Source of the DNA: Candidatus Peribacter riflensis
Lineage (GTDB): Bacteria; Patescibacteriota; Gracilibacteria; Peribacterales; Peribacteraceae
Assembly: GCA_001430755.1 (NCBI GenBank)
Contig: CP013062.1
Location: 600,001 to 632,000 of the forward strand
Reading direction: 5' to 3'
DNA length: 32,000 nt
The notes beneath the pieces were generated by a model. It was not told the DNA's origin. It did not search any database and was given only the letters and a program-made list of their open reading frames with translations. A program made the translations under genes and the position numbers. Every line of letters starts with the position of its first letter. Position 1 is the first letter of the stretch. Below are positions 9,413 to 17,682 of the stretch, in pieces.

Positions 9413-9442
9413 GAAAACAAAAAAAACTGCTCATAGCAGCTG
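9413..9442 (-). terminator. candidate intrinsic terminator, either the end of a long eno 3' UTR or of an unannotated minus-strand RNA
   Basis: The minus strand reads AGCTGCT-atg-AGCAGTT followed by TTTTTTTGTTTTCTG. The stem is short and AT-rich, and the hairpin lies about 185 nt downstream of the eno stop. Confidence 0.4.
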
Positions 9443-9494
9443 TGAGCAACGATAAGTAAATCGGCCTTTAACGGAAGGAGGTTTACTGTTAGGA

Positions 9495-9548
9495 GGGTAA
9501 AGGGGGTGTCGGGGGGCTTAGGGAACCGAACAAGGTGCCCTAGCCCCC
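9495..9548 (+). other. G-quadruplex-type motif overlapping a strong hairpin
   Basis: GGG-taaa-GGGGG-tgtc-GGGGGG-ctta-GGG spans 9495-9523. GGGGGCT(T)AGGG at 9512-9523 can pair with CCCTAGCCCCC at 9538-9548. Confidence 0.4.
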
Positions 9549-9625
9549 TGACGAATGAATCAGATTCATCTCTCGTTCAGCGAGAAAACAGATCCCTTCT
9601 TGTCGCGACAAAGGTGGAAAGAGTC

Positions 9626-10924
9626 TTAGAAAGGAGAAACATACTTCGCCTTACCTCCCAATTCCTCCTCAATGCGCAGAAGCTGGTTGTACTTACACAC
9701 CCGATCCGTGCGCGAGGCGGAGCCCGTCTTGATCTGCCCCGTGCCGAGGGCCACGGCGAGATCTGCAATGAACGTATCTTCCGTCTCGCCGCTGCGGTGG
9801 CTGATGATCGTCCTCCAGCCGTTCTTCTGCGCCAGCTGAACGGCATCGACCGTTTCACTCACTGTTCCGATTTGATTGAGCTTGATGAGAATGGCATTGG
9901 CCGCCTTCTCTGCAATCGCCTTCTTGAGCCGCTCGACATTCGTCACCAGCAGATCATCACCGACGAGCTGAATCTTTTTTCCAAGCATCTTCTGCATCTC
10001 TTTGAACCCATCCCAGTCATCTTCACTGTGACTGTCTTCGATGCTCACGAGCGGGTAGCGATCGCAGAGAGCGGCATAGAACTGCGTGAGCTCCTGTGAG
10101 GAGAACTTCTTTCCATCTACGGTATAGACGCCTTTGGTACAGAACTCGGACGCAGCCGCATCGATAGCCAGTTTCACCGTGCCTCCGTATCCCGCCTCAT
10201 CGATGGCCTTGGCCAGAAAGCCAAACGCTTCCGCACTATCCTTCACACGCGGCGCAAACCCCCCCTCATCCCCCACGGCCGTGATGTGCCCCGCGTCGTG
10301 CAGGAGCTTCTTTAAGGTCATGAAGACCTCCACCCCCGCCCGAAGCGCATCGGAGAAGCGGGAAAACCCGACGGGCACGATCATGCACTCCTGCAGCGAG
10401 AGGCCGCTGTCTGCATGCTTGCCGCCGTTCATCACGTTCATCATCGGCACCGGCAAGAGCCCCGTCTCCTTCACCGAGAATTGCGTGGCGAGCGACCGGT
10501 AGAGGGGCAGTTTTTCGCTGACTGCACGCGCGCGGCACACCGCCATCGAAACCCCGAGAATGGCATTGGCACCCAGCTTGTTTTTCATATCCGTTCCGTC
10601 GAGGGCAATGAGCGCCCCGTCTATGATCCGCTGGTCTGCGACGTCCTTCCCGACCATGGCCGTCGCAATGGTTCCATTCACATGGGTCACCGCCTTCAGA
10701 ACGGATTTCCCTCCGTAGAGCTTCTTGTCTCCATCCCGGAGTTCCAGCGCCTCGTGCGAGCCGGTGGATGCGCCCGAGGGCACGGCGGCACGTCCGAACG
10801 ACCCATCGGAGAGCAGGCAATCCACCTCAACCGTGGGCGTCCCGCGGGAGTCGAGGATCTGTCTGGCGTGGAGAGATTGAATAGTCGGCACAGGCAAAAG
10901 GGAAAGATGCGAGCATCCTAACAC
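9626..10924 (-). CDS. eno: enolase
   Basis: [33 protein letters not shown] and full-length similarity to enolase as judged by eye. The track start is the GTG at 10924. GTG at 10891 or TTG at 10897 would give the usual short N-terminus, so the start is uncertain. Confidence 0.97.
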   Translation of the reverse strand: MLGCSHLSLLPVPTIQSLHARQILDSRGTPTVEVDCLLSDGSFGRAAVPSGASTGSHEALELRDGDKKLYGGKSVLKAVTHVNGTIATAMVGKDVADQRIIDGALIALDGTDMKNKLGANAILGVSMAVCRARAVSEKLPLYRSLATQFSVKETGLLPVPMMNVMNGGKHADSGLSLQECMIVPVGFSRFSDALRAGVEVFMTLKKLLHDAGHITAVGDEGGFAPRVKDSAEAFGFLAKAIDEAGYGGTVKLAIDAAASEFCTKGVYTVDGKKFSSQELTQFYAALCDRYPLVSIEDSHSEDDWDGFKEMQKMLGKKIQLVGDDLLVTNVERLKKAIAEKAANAILIKLNQIGTVSETVDAVQLAQKNGWRTIISHRSGETEDTFIADLAVALGTGQIKTGSASRTDRVCKYNQLLRIEEELGGKAKYVSPF

Positions 10925-10941
10925 AACCCCCTACCCATCAT

Positions 10942-11000
10942 CCTAACCCTAACCCTAACCCTATCCCTAACCCTAACCCTAACCCTATCCCTAACCCTAT
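10942..11000 (-). repeat. tandem hexamer array (TTAGGG/ATAGGG)x10, read on the minus strand
   Basis: The plus strand reads cctaa CCCTAA CCCTAA CCCTAT CCCTAA CCCTAA CCCTAA CCCTAT CCCTAA CCCTAT. The higher-order unit is 24 bp, (CCCTAA)3CCCTAT. Confidence 0.95.
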
Positions 11001-11857
11001 CCCCTCCTCCGTCTCGCCCTATCGTGCAACACCCCCGTGTACCCCGCGAGCATCATCAGGGCGAACACGGCAGCCTCCGGACCCGATGAAGGCAGCTTCG
11101 TAGGCTGGGTCTTCGCTTCTTTAAGCTCCGTACCCTCCGATGTCGGCTGGAGGGACGGGACGAGAGCGCGCATGGAACTGGAGGACGTGCTCTTCAGCCG
11201 CTCCTCCCGGGCCTGCTTGCGGCGATCTTCGGCCTGGCGCAGCTTTACGCGCCACTCCTCCTCCTTGGCATCGCTGGAGGCGCTCAGGTTCTGCTCCGTC
11301 GGCAGGCGCCCTGCGAGTTTGATCCCCAGAAACTCCTTTCCCTCCAGTTCCTGAAGCCACTCCCCTCCCCACAGAACCGATGCGAGTTCACGATCCCAGT
11401 GCGTGGCACGCTCGCTGGCCAGCGCCCCGCCCACGAACGGAATGAAGGCGGCAAGCAGAAGCACGACGCGCGTCAGGCGGCGGCGCACCACCTGCAGGCA
11501 GTAACTGATGAGTAGAATGAAAGCGATGGTGACGGCGGGCAGCGTCCACCCCCACGTGTACCAGCCGATGAATGAATACGCCCGCGGCACCTCGAGCGCC
11601 ACGATCTCGACTCCGAGCCACAAGAGGAGCATCAATGCAGGAAACCAGTGCAACAGACGGAAGGCGTGATCCGCGCGGCGGCGGCGAAAGAGCGCGAAGA
11701 GCGCGAGGGGATAGAGAATGGAGAGCACGAAAAGGATCGTCCAGGGCACCGCCCCCGCCGGCAGATCAGGCAGCGTGGTGAGCAGAAGCCCCGTGAGGAG
11801 GATGACGGCGCCGAGAAGGAAAACGAGAAAAGTTTCCGTAGCGTGCTTGAGAGGCAT
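10997..11857 (-). CDS. membrane protein of unknown function (N-terminal TM bundle, charged C-terminal half)
   Basis: ATG at 11857. About five hydrophobic helices are followed by a Lys/Glu/Arg-rich region. The stop TAG (10999-10997) lies inside the last hexamer repeat. Confidence 0.8.
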   Translation of the reverse strand: MPLKHATETFLVFLLGAVILLTGLLLTTLPDLPAGAVPWTILFVLSILYPLALFALFRRRRADHAFRLLHWFPALMLLLWLGVEIVALEVPRAYSFIGWYTWGWTLPAVTIAFILLISYCLQVVRRRLTRVVLLLAAFIPFVGGALASERATHWDRELASVLWGGEWLQELEGKEFLGIKLAGRLPTEQNLSASSDAKEEEWRVKLRQAEDRRKQAREERLKSTSSSSMRALVPSLQPTSEGTELKEAKTQPTKLPSSGPEAAVFALMMLAGYTGVLHDRARRRRG

Positions 11858-11952
11858 AAAAGGGGTTGATACTCTCGAACGAGAGCGACCCTGTCAAGTT
11901 CGTTGAACACCAAAGGAGAACGAAGGCGGATTGGCGATTTTATGATTGAATG

Positions 11953-12045
11953 ATTTGCGATGTACATCCCTGAAAAGACAGAGCCTGACATGAAATTCTG
12001 CTTGTTTTCGACAAATCGCAAATCGTACATCCGTCAATCGCAAAT
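11953..12045. repeat. short repeated motif set: ATTTGCGAT once, its complement ATCGCAAAT twice, and GTACATCC twice
   Basis: ATTTGCGAT lies at 11953-11961. ATCGCAAAT lies at 12015-12023 and 12037-12045, 22 nt apart. GTACATCC lies at 11962-11969 and 12025-12032. All sit in the spacer upstream of the 10997..11857 gene. Confidence 0.6.
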
Positions 12046-12047
12046 TG

Positions 12048-12461
12048 TTACTTCTTGCGCTTCGGCAAGTACCGGTCCCGCGGATCGCTCGAAACCTCCG
12101 TCGGGAGCTTCTCGTAGTATCGCATCCGGAAGAAGCGCACCTGAATAACGATGTACAGCGCGAGCAGAATGCCCCACAGCACCCACCAGAGACGCATAGC
12201 GAGGAAGCCGATGCTCTCCACGCGTGAGACGACGAAGACTAAGCCCGTGATCCCAAACCAGAACAGGGCCGACGGCCATGAGCGGCTGAGCTTCTTGAAG
12301 ACCGGATTCTGCATGTGCCTGCGCCAGAACCGCAGGACGAACGAGAGCAGGATGAAGAGAACACAGACCGCAAGGAGCAGACGGATGTTGGTGCTGCCGT
12401 AGTAGGCATTGCCGGGATTCGGCCAGACCAGGTAGATGAAGAAGGATTGGAGTGCGGCCAT
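12048..12461 (-). CDS. small polytopic membrane protein
   Basis: The track ORF 12048..12728 has an implausible Ser/Cys-rich first 89 aa that overlap the next gene. The ATG at 12461 gives MAALQSFFIYLVWPNPG... with 3-4 TM helices and a basic C-terminus. Confidence 0.75.
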   Translation of the reverse strand: MAALQSFFIYLVWPNPGNAYYGSTNIRLLLAVCVLFILLSFVLRFWRRHMQNPVFKKLSRSWPSALFWFGITGLVFVVSRVESIGFLAMRLWWVLWGILLALYIVIQVRFFRMRYYEKLPTEVSSDPRDRYLPKRKK

Positions 12462-12477
12462 AGGGGAGGTGGGAATA

Positions 12478-12828
12478 CTACTCCTCCGAAGAGGATTTTT
12501 TGGAGGAATGGTTTTTACCGAGGAGTTTGTCGGCGAGCGCACGGACGAGGGCATCCTGTTCGCGCTGACGGATGGTCCGCGCCGGCCGGAGGAGGAGGTA
12601 CAGGAAAAAGCCGACCACGGGGAGCAGTGCAACGAGCACGATGCAGAGCGCCATGTACCAGAAGGAATGTGTGCGCAGCAGAATGTCGCGGGTGGTGAAG
12701 AACACGAGGAAGATGATGAGCGCCCCACCGAGCAAAAGCGCCCCCTGAATCATCCGCAGAACAGGATCATCCGAAAGAAACAGAAGAAAAGGGTCGAATA
12801 AAGACTGAAACGAAGTGAAGAGCTGCAT
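12478..12828 (-). CDS. small 2-TM membrane protein (resembles the PLD-nuclease N-terminal type motif LPVVGFFLYLLLRP)
   Basis: ATG at 12828. Two TM helices are followed by a charged tail. The family assignment rests on motif resemblance only. Confidence 0.65.
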   Translation of the reverse strand: MQLFTSFQSLFDPFLLFLSDDPVLRMIQGALLLGGALIIFLVFFTTRDILLRTHSFWYMALCIVLVALLPVVGFFLYLLLRPARTIRQREQDALVRALADKLLGKNHSSKKSSSEE

Positions 12829-12843
12829 AGGAGCAATGGGGAT

Positions 12844-13767
12844 CTAAAGATGAGGATACCGTCGCCGGTGGACGACAACGTACACGACGGTGGCGAGAAG
12901 TGCCAGCACCGCGAGGAACTGGCTGAACCGGAGCTCATGCGTTTCGAGCGGAAGCTGAGAGCGCAGGAGCGCATAGCCGCCGAACACGACGAGCAGGGCA
13001 CCCTCGAACAGGAAGAGCGAACGGCGCGAGAGCATGAGCTCAATGACCGCGAAGACGCCCAGGCTCACGAAGAGCGAGAGGAGGATGACGAAATCCAGCG
13101 TGGTGGCGAACACCGGAATTGTGAAATCCCCGCGAAAGTACTCCAGGATGAATGTGCCGATGCTGGCACAGATGATGCCAATGAGCGTCTCGGTTCCTGC
13201 CCGTTTGCCGTACTTGCGCAGCACCAGGAGCAGGAACGTGAGGAAGAGCGAAAAGATGGCATAGTAGAGTTGCACCGGATGAATCGGAACGGCGTAGCGC
13301 ACGCTGATCGACTCGTACGTCACCCCCCAGAAGACATCGGTGGGCTTGCCGTAGGAGTGCCCGGCGAAGAAGAGACCGAGCCAGCTGAACGTGGACCCGA
13401 GCATCGTGGCCGGCAGCAGCACGTCCAGCCACTGGAGGAAGGTGGCGCGATGGTTGCGCGTGGCCCAGAAGAGAACAATGCCGATGCCGATGGCTCCGCC
13501 CAGAAAGCTGAATCCCCCATCCCACACGATGAAGATGCGCAAGAGATCGTTCCAGTACACACGATACTGGGCCACGATGGCGAAGAAGCGGCCTCCGGCG
13601 AGGAACGCGAGCAGGTAGAGCCACGCGTGCTCACGGAAGTGCTGCAGTGAGAGATTGGCCGCACTCGCCAGCCTCAAGAAGAATTCCGTCGAGACCCAGA
13701 TGCCGATGAGCAGGAAGACGACGGAGGTCCAGATGAGAAACGGACCGAAGGGGAACGCCTGAAACAT
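12844..13767 (-). CDS. lgt: prolipoprotein diacylglyceryl transferase
   Basis: IFIVWDGGFSFLGGAIG, HPVQLYYAIFSL and ILEYFRGDF match the conserved Lgt blocks (E. coli VWDGGMSFHGG, HPSQLYE, EFFRQPD). I prefer the ATG at 13767. The track start is the GTG at 13791. Confidence 0.92.
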   Translation of the reverse strand: MFQAFPFGPFLIWTSVVFLLIGIWVSTEFFLRLASAANLSLQHFREHAWLYLLAFLAGGRFFAIVAQYRVYWNDLLRIFIVWDGGFSFLGGAIGIGIVLFWATRNHRATFLQWLDVLLPATMLGSTFSWLGLFFAGHSYGKPTDVFWGVTYESISVRYAVPIHPVQLYYAIFSLFLTFLLLVLRKYGKRAGTETLIGIICASIGTFILEYFRGDFTIPVFATTLDFVILLSLFVSLGVFAVIELMLSRRSLFLFEGALLVVFGGYALLRSQLPLETHELRFSQFLAVLALLATVVYVVVHRRRYPHL

Positions 13768-13820
13768 CGGGCAAAGAGTAGCAGAGGTCACTCACCGCCG
13801 GTAGGCAGAGACGGGGTCGT

Positions 13821-15641
13821 TTAAGAGCCGATGGAACACGCAAGCCGCCGCAGCCGGATATCCTCTTTCGTCTTTTCGATGAATTCCTTGAGCGGCACAG
13901 AGACCTGCTTCTTGGTCAGAACGTTGCGGACGGCCACGGAATTATCGGCGACTTCTTTATCCCCAACGACCAGCAGGTACGGCACGCGCTGCTGCTCCCC
14001 TGCCCGGATGCGTTTACCGAGCGAATCGGTCGAAGGCAGGACCTCGCAGCGGATCCCCTGCTCCTTCAGGGCCGTCTGCACGTGCCGCGCGGGAACCTCG
14101 TGCGGCTCCGCCACGGGGATGATCATCGCCTGCACAGGAGCGAGCCACAATGGGAAGTGCCCGGCGAAGTGCTCGATGAGGAACCCGATGAACCGTTCGT
14201 GCGTTCCGAGGGGGGCACGGTGGATGCAGAGCGGCACCTTCTCGGTACCGTCCTTATCGGTGTACTTGAGGCCCACCTTGCCCGGCACGTCAAAATCCAC
14301 CTGGTTCGTGGCAAGCGTGAACTCCCGGCCGATGGCGCTCCACACTTCGACATCGATCTTGGGTCCGTAGAAGGCCGCTTCATCCGGCACCTCGACGAAC
14401 TCGATCCCCTTCTTCTTGAGGGCCTTGCGCACCATGTCCTCCGTCTTGAGCCACAGCGCCTCGTTATCGACATACTTCTTGCCGAGTCCCTCGGGTGAGT
14501 GCAGCGAGAGCCGCATGACGTACTTCTGAATATCGAAGATCGCGAAGTACGTGAGGTACAGGTCGACCACCGCGTTGAATTCGTCTTCGAACTGCTCCTC
14601 CGTCACGTACATGTGCGCATCGTTCATTGAGAGCGACCGCACGCGCATGAGGCCGAACAAGGCCCCGCTGTCCTCGTAGCGATAGCAGTGCCCGTACTCC
14701 GCGAGACGCATGGGCAGATCGCGGTAGCTCCGGGGACGGCTGGCGAAAATCTCGTGGTGGTGCGGGCAGTTCATGGGCTTCAGGTAGTACTCCTCCTCTC
14801 CATCCAGCTCCATCGGCGGGAACATGGACGTCCGGTAGTGCGCCAGATGTCCCGTTCGCTCGTAGAGAGCGCCCTTGGCAATGTGCGGCGTGCGCACGCG
14901 CATGTAGCCGCCCTTCTCCTCCATCTCTTTCGCGAGCGCCTCGATCTGGTCAGCGATGATCGTGCCCTTGGGCGTCCAGAGCGGAAGGCCCGGCCCCACC
15001 ATTTCGGAGAAGGTGAAGAGGTCCAGCTCCTTGCCCAGTTTGCGGTGATCGCGCTTCTTGGCCTCCTCCATCATCGTGAGGTATTCATTGAGCTCCTGCT
15101 TACTCCCGAATGCGGCGACGTAGAGGCGCGTGAGCTGCGCGTTCGTTTCTTTGCCCCGCCAGTACGCGCCAGCCAGACTCGTGATTTTGAATCCATCGGG
15201 GGGAATCTCGTTCAGGCTCGTCACATGCCCTCCGCGGCAGAGATCGGTGAAGGTCTCTTTGCCGCTCTTGTCCACGTTGCGGTAGTGCGTCACTTTGGTC
15301 TCCCCTGCCTTCGCCAGATCCTCGACCAGCTCCACCTTGAAGGTCTGCCCACGGTCCTTCCAGTACTTCACAGATGCAGGGATCGCAAGTTCTTCCACCT
15401 CAAACGTCTGCGCCGAGCCGATGATACGACGCATCTCTTTCTCGATCTTGGAAAAATCGGCATCGGAAATGGGCTCTGCGAACAGGAAATCGTAGTAGCA
15501 GCCCGTGTCGATCGGCGGACCGATCGTGATCTGCGTATCGGGCCAGAGGTTCTGCACGGCCTGCGCCAGCACATGGGCCAGCGAGTGACGCATGTTGTGC
15601 AGCGATTCTGGGACAGCGTTTCCGATGGATTTCTTTGCCAT
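13821..15641 (-). CDS. thrS: threonine--tRNA ligase (begins at the editing/SAD domain; no N-terminal TGS domain)
   Basis: MRHSLAHVLAQAV, RDHRKLGKELDLF, the class II catalytic core and the anticodon-binding C-terminus are present. The start is an ATG at 15641. Confidence 0.97.
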   Translation of the reverse strand: MAKKSIGNAVPESLHNMRHSLAHVLAQAVQNLWPDTQITIGPPIDTGCYYDFLFAEPISDADFSKIEKEMRRIIGSAQTFEVEELAIPASVKYWKDRGQTFKVELVEDLAKAGETKVTHYRNVDKSGKETFTDLCRGGHVTSLNEIPPDGFKITSLAGAYWRGKETNAQLTRLYVAAFGSKQELNEYLTMMEEAKKRDHRKLGKELDLFTFSEMVGPGLPLWTPKGTIIADQIEALAKEMEEKGGYMRVRTPHIAKGALYERTGHLAHYRTSMFPPMELDGEEEYYLKPMNCPHHHEIFASRPRSYRDLPMRLAEYGHCYRYEDSGALFGLMRVRSLSMNDAHMYVTEEQFEDEFNAVVDLYLTYFAIFDIQKYVMRLSLHSPEGLGKKYVDNEALWLKTEDMVRKALKKKGIEFVEVPDEAAFYGPKIDVEVWSAIGREFTLATNQVDFDVPGKVGLKYTDKDGTEKVPLCIHRAPLGTHERFIGFLIEHFAGHFPLWLAPVQAMIIPVAEPHEVPARHVQTALKEQGIRCEVLPSTDSLGKRIRAGEQQRVPYLLVVGDKEVADNSVAVRNVLTKKQVSVPLKEFIEKTKEDIRLRRLACSIGS

Positions 15642-15819
15642 AATGATGGGAGGGTAACAGAGAAAAAACTCCTTCGCTATTGCGGAGGAAGGCAGTGGGA
15701 TGAATGGTCAGCGCTACACCCCTTCCTCAGCGGGAGGTCGTGGTAGTCGTCGTCGTGGTGGCGCGCTGCGACATGACGAGCAAACTGTACGCGCCCCCCG
15801 ACGCACCGACAAGGCAAAA

Positions 15820-16194
15820 CTACATGTCCGCACGCACGATCGGGCGCCCCCGCAGCACCGCATCCACCAGCAGCTTCGTTTCATCGCGGATACGGTCGGG
15901 AATGATGCCCATCATATACAGAAAGAGCTGGCTCAAGAGCACCTGCTCGCTGTCGGCGAATTCGCCGCCGAGCCGCCCGCCCAGCACGCATACTTTCTCG
16001 TACAGGCGGTCGATCACTTCGGCATGGAACAGCTCTTCGAGCTTCTTGCGGGCGTCCTGGCGTCTGCGGAGAAACCACTGCGCCGAAAGCGCCTTCTGCT
16101 CTGTAGGAGAGAGCTGGCGGATCCACTGCACGATCACCGTCCCCCAGGGGTCGCAGCTGCCCGGCGGCCTGCGTTCGGCTTCTGCACTGTCCAT
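15820..16194 (-). CDS. hypothetical 124-aa protein directly downstream of dnaA
   Basis: I translated this frame by hand and the third codon positions are strongly G/C, as in neighbouring genes. The two overlapping plus-strand ORFs are Arg-rich shadow frames. I prefer the ATG at 16194 (MDSAEAE). Confidence 0.65.
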   Translation of the reverse strand: MDSAEAERRPPGSCDPWGTVIVQWIRQLSPTEQKALSAQWFLRRRQDARKKLEELFHAEVIDRLYEKVCVLGGRLGGEFADSEQVLLSQLFLYMMGIIPDRIRDETKLLVDAVLRGRPIVRADM

Positions 16195-16244
16195 GGAGCA
16201 ATAGTACAACTCCGTTGCACCGGACTGGAATGAATTCCGATGAA

Positions 16245-17666
16245 TTATACCACGCCTAATTCCTGCTCCATTGCGCGGACTTCGCGGAGCAACTGCGGAT
16301 CATTCTGCATCTTCGCGTCGATCTTGCCGCACGCATTCATCACGGTGGTGTGGTCGCGGCCCGAGAAGACTTCGCCGAGGCGCACGTAGCTCATGCGCAG
16401 GTGCTTCTTGCCCAGGAACATCGCGATCTGGCGGGGCACCAGGATCTCGCGCACGCGTGACTGACCGATCATGTCCTGCACTGAGACGGAGTAGTAGCGG
16501 CTGACCGATTCCAGCACATCCTGAAACGTGGGGGCACGCTTGGGGGTCGTCTCGAAGCCGACGTGCTCCTCCTCCGCATGCGGATCGCGGCTGAGCTTTC
16601 GCATGATCTCGGCGATACTCTTCACCGTGGGCATGCGCGACTCCAGCTCGTACTGCGCCACCGCCTGCATCAGGATTCCCTCCAGTTCGCGGACGTTTCT
16701 CGTGGTGTGCTCCGCGATAAACTGGAGCACCGTCATGTCGATCATGAGTTCGTACTCCCGTGCTTTCTCGACGAGAATAGCCAGCCGCGTCTCGTAATCG
16801 GGCACGGAAATATCGGCGATCATGCCACGCGCGAAGCGCGAGATGAGACGGTCTTCGAGCTGCAGTTCCTGCGGCGGACGGTCGGCCGAGAGAATGACCT
16901 GCTTGCGGTCTTCGTAGAGGGCGTTGAACGTGTGGAAAAATTCCTCCTGCGTGCGCTCCTTGTTCGCCAGGAACTGCACGTCGTCGATGATGAGCACGTC
17001 TACCTGCCGATAGCGGCGACGGAACTGCTCCATCTTCTGCTGCCGGATCGCCTCGATGACCTGATTCGTGAAGTCCTCGGTGGTCGTGTACACCACGACG
17101 GACCGCGGCATCTTGCGGAGGATATCGTTGCCCGTGGCCTGCAGCAGGTGCGTCTTGCCCAACCCCACTCCGCCGTAGAGGAAGAGCGGGTTGTAGCGGC
17201 CGCCCGGAGCCGCCGCCACCGACTGGCAGGCCGCATGCGCGAGACGGCTGTTGGCGCCGACGACGAAGTGTTCCAGCGTGTAGCGGGGATTCAAAATCTT
17301 GCTGATGACCCCCTCCGCCATCTTCACCTCGGGCTTGCCCGGCAGCTTGCGGCGCTTCTGTTCCGGAAAGACTTCGAGCAGATCCACCGTCCGCTCGCGG
17401 CTGTCTTTGAGCCCCCCATCCACCGTGTAGACGATTTTCTCGATGAGCGGATCAATGCCCTGCGCGATCTCGAGCGTCATGGCGCGGTAGTGTTCCATGT
17501 GCCACGAGAGTGACATGGGGAGCGGCAGCCCCACGATGAGCGTGCCGGCCTCCCTGCCCAGAATCGCCGTGTCTTTGAACCACGTGATGAAGGCGCTGCG
17601 CTGCAATTTTTCTTCCAGTTTGCGGAGGATGGCGATCCAGAGTTCCTGGCTCACCTGTTCCGCCAT
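16245..17666 (-). CDS. dnaA: chromosomal replication initiator DnaA
   Basis: Walker A GGVGLGKTHLLQA, IDDVQFL, and the domain IV sequence SRVREILVPRQIAMFL..GRDHTTVMNACGKI. The ATG at 17666 (MAEQVSQELW) is preferred because the track start at 17705 would overlap rseP. Confidence 0.97.
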   Translation of the reverse strand: MAEQVSQELWIAILRKLEEKLQRSAFITWFKDTAILGREAGTLIVGLPLPMSLSWHMEHYRAMTLEIAQGIDPLIEKIVYTVDGGLKDSRERTVDLLEVFPEQKRRKLPGKPEVKMAEGVISKILNPRYTLEHFVVGANSRLAHAACQSVAAAPGGRYNPLFLYGGVGLGKTHLLQATGNDILRKMPRSVVVYTTTEDFTNQVIEAIRQQKMEQFRRRYRQVDVLIIDDVQFLANKERTQEEFFHTFNALYEDRKQVILSADRPPQELQLEDRLISRFARGMIADISVPDYETRLAILVEKAREYELMIDMTVLQFIAEHTTRNVRELEGILMQAVAQYELESRMPTVKSIAEIMRKLSRDPHAEEEHVGFETTPKRAPTFQDVLESVSRYYSVSVQDMIGQSRVREILVPRQIAMFLGKKHLRMSYVRLGEVFSGRDHTTVMNACGKIDAKMQNDPQLLREVRAMEQELGVV

Positions 17667-17682
17667 CGGAGCCGCCACGGCG

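Noticed and set aside
10942-11000. Hexamer array considered as a CRISPR array or as eukaryotic telomere contamination
   Set aside because: The units are 6 bp and contiguous with no spacers, so this is not a CRISPR array. Bacterial genes flank it on both sides within a few nucleotides, so it is not a chromosome end or a contaminant read, subject to read-level confirmation.
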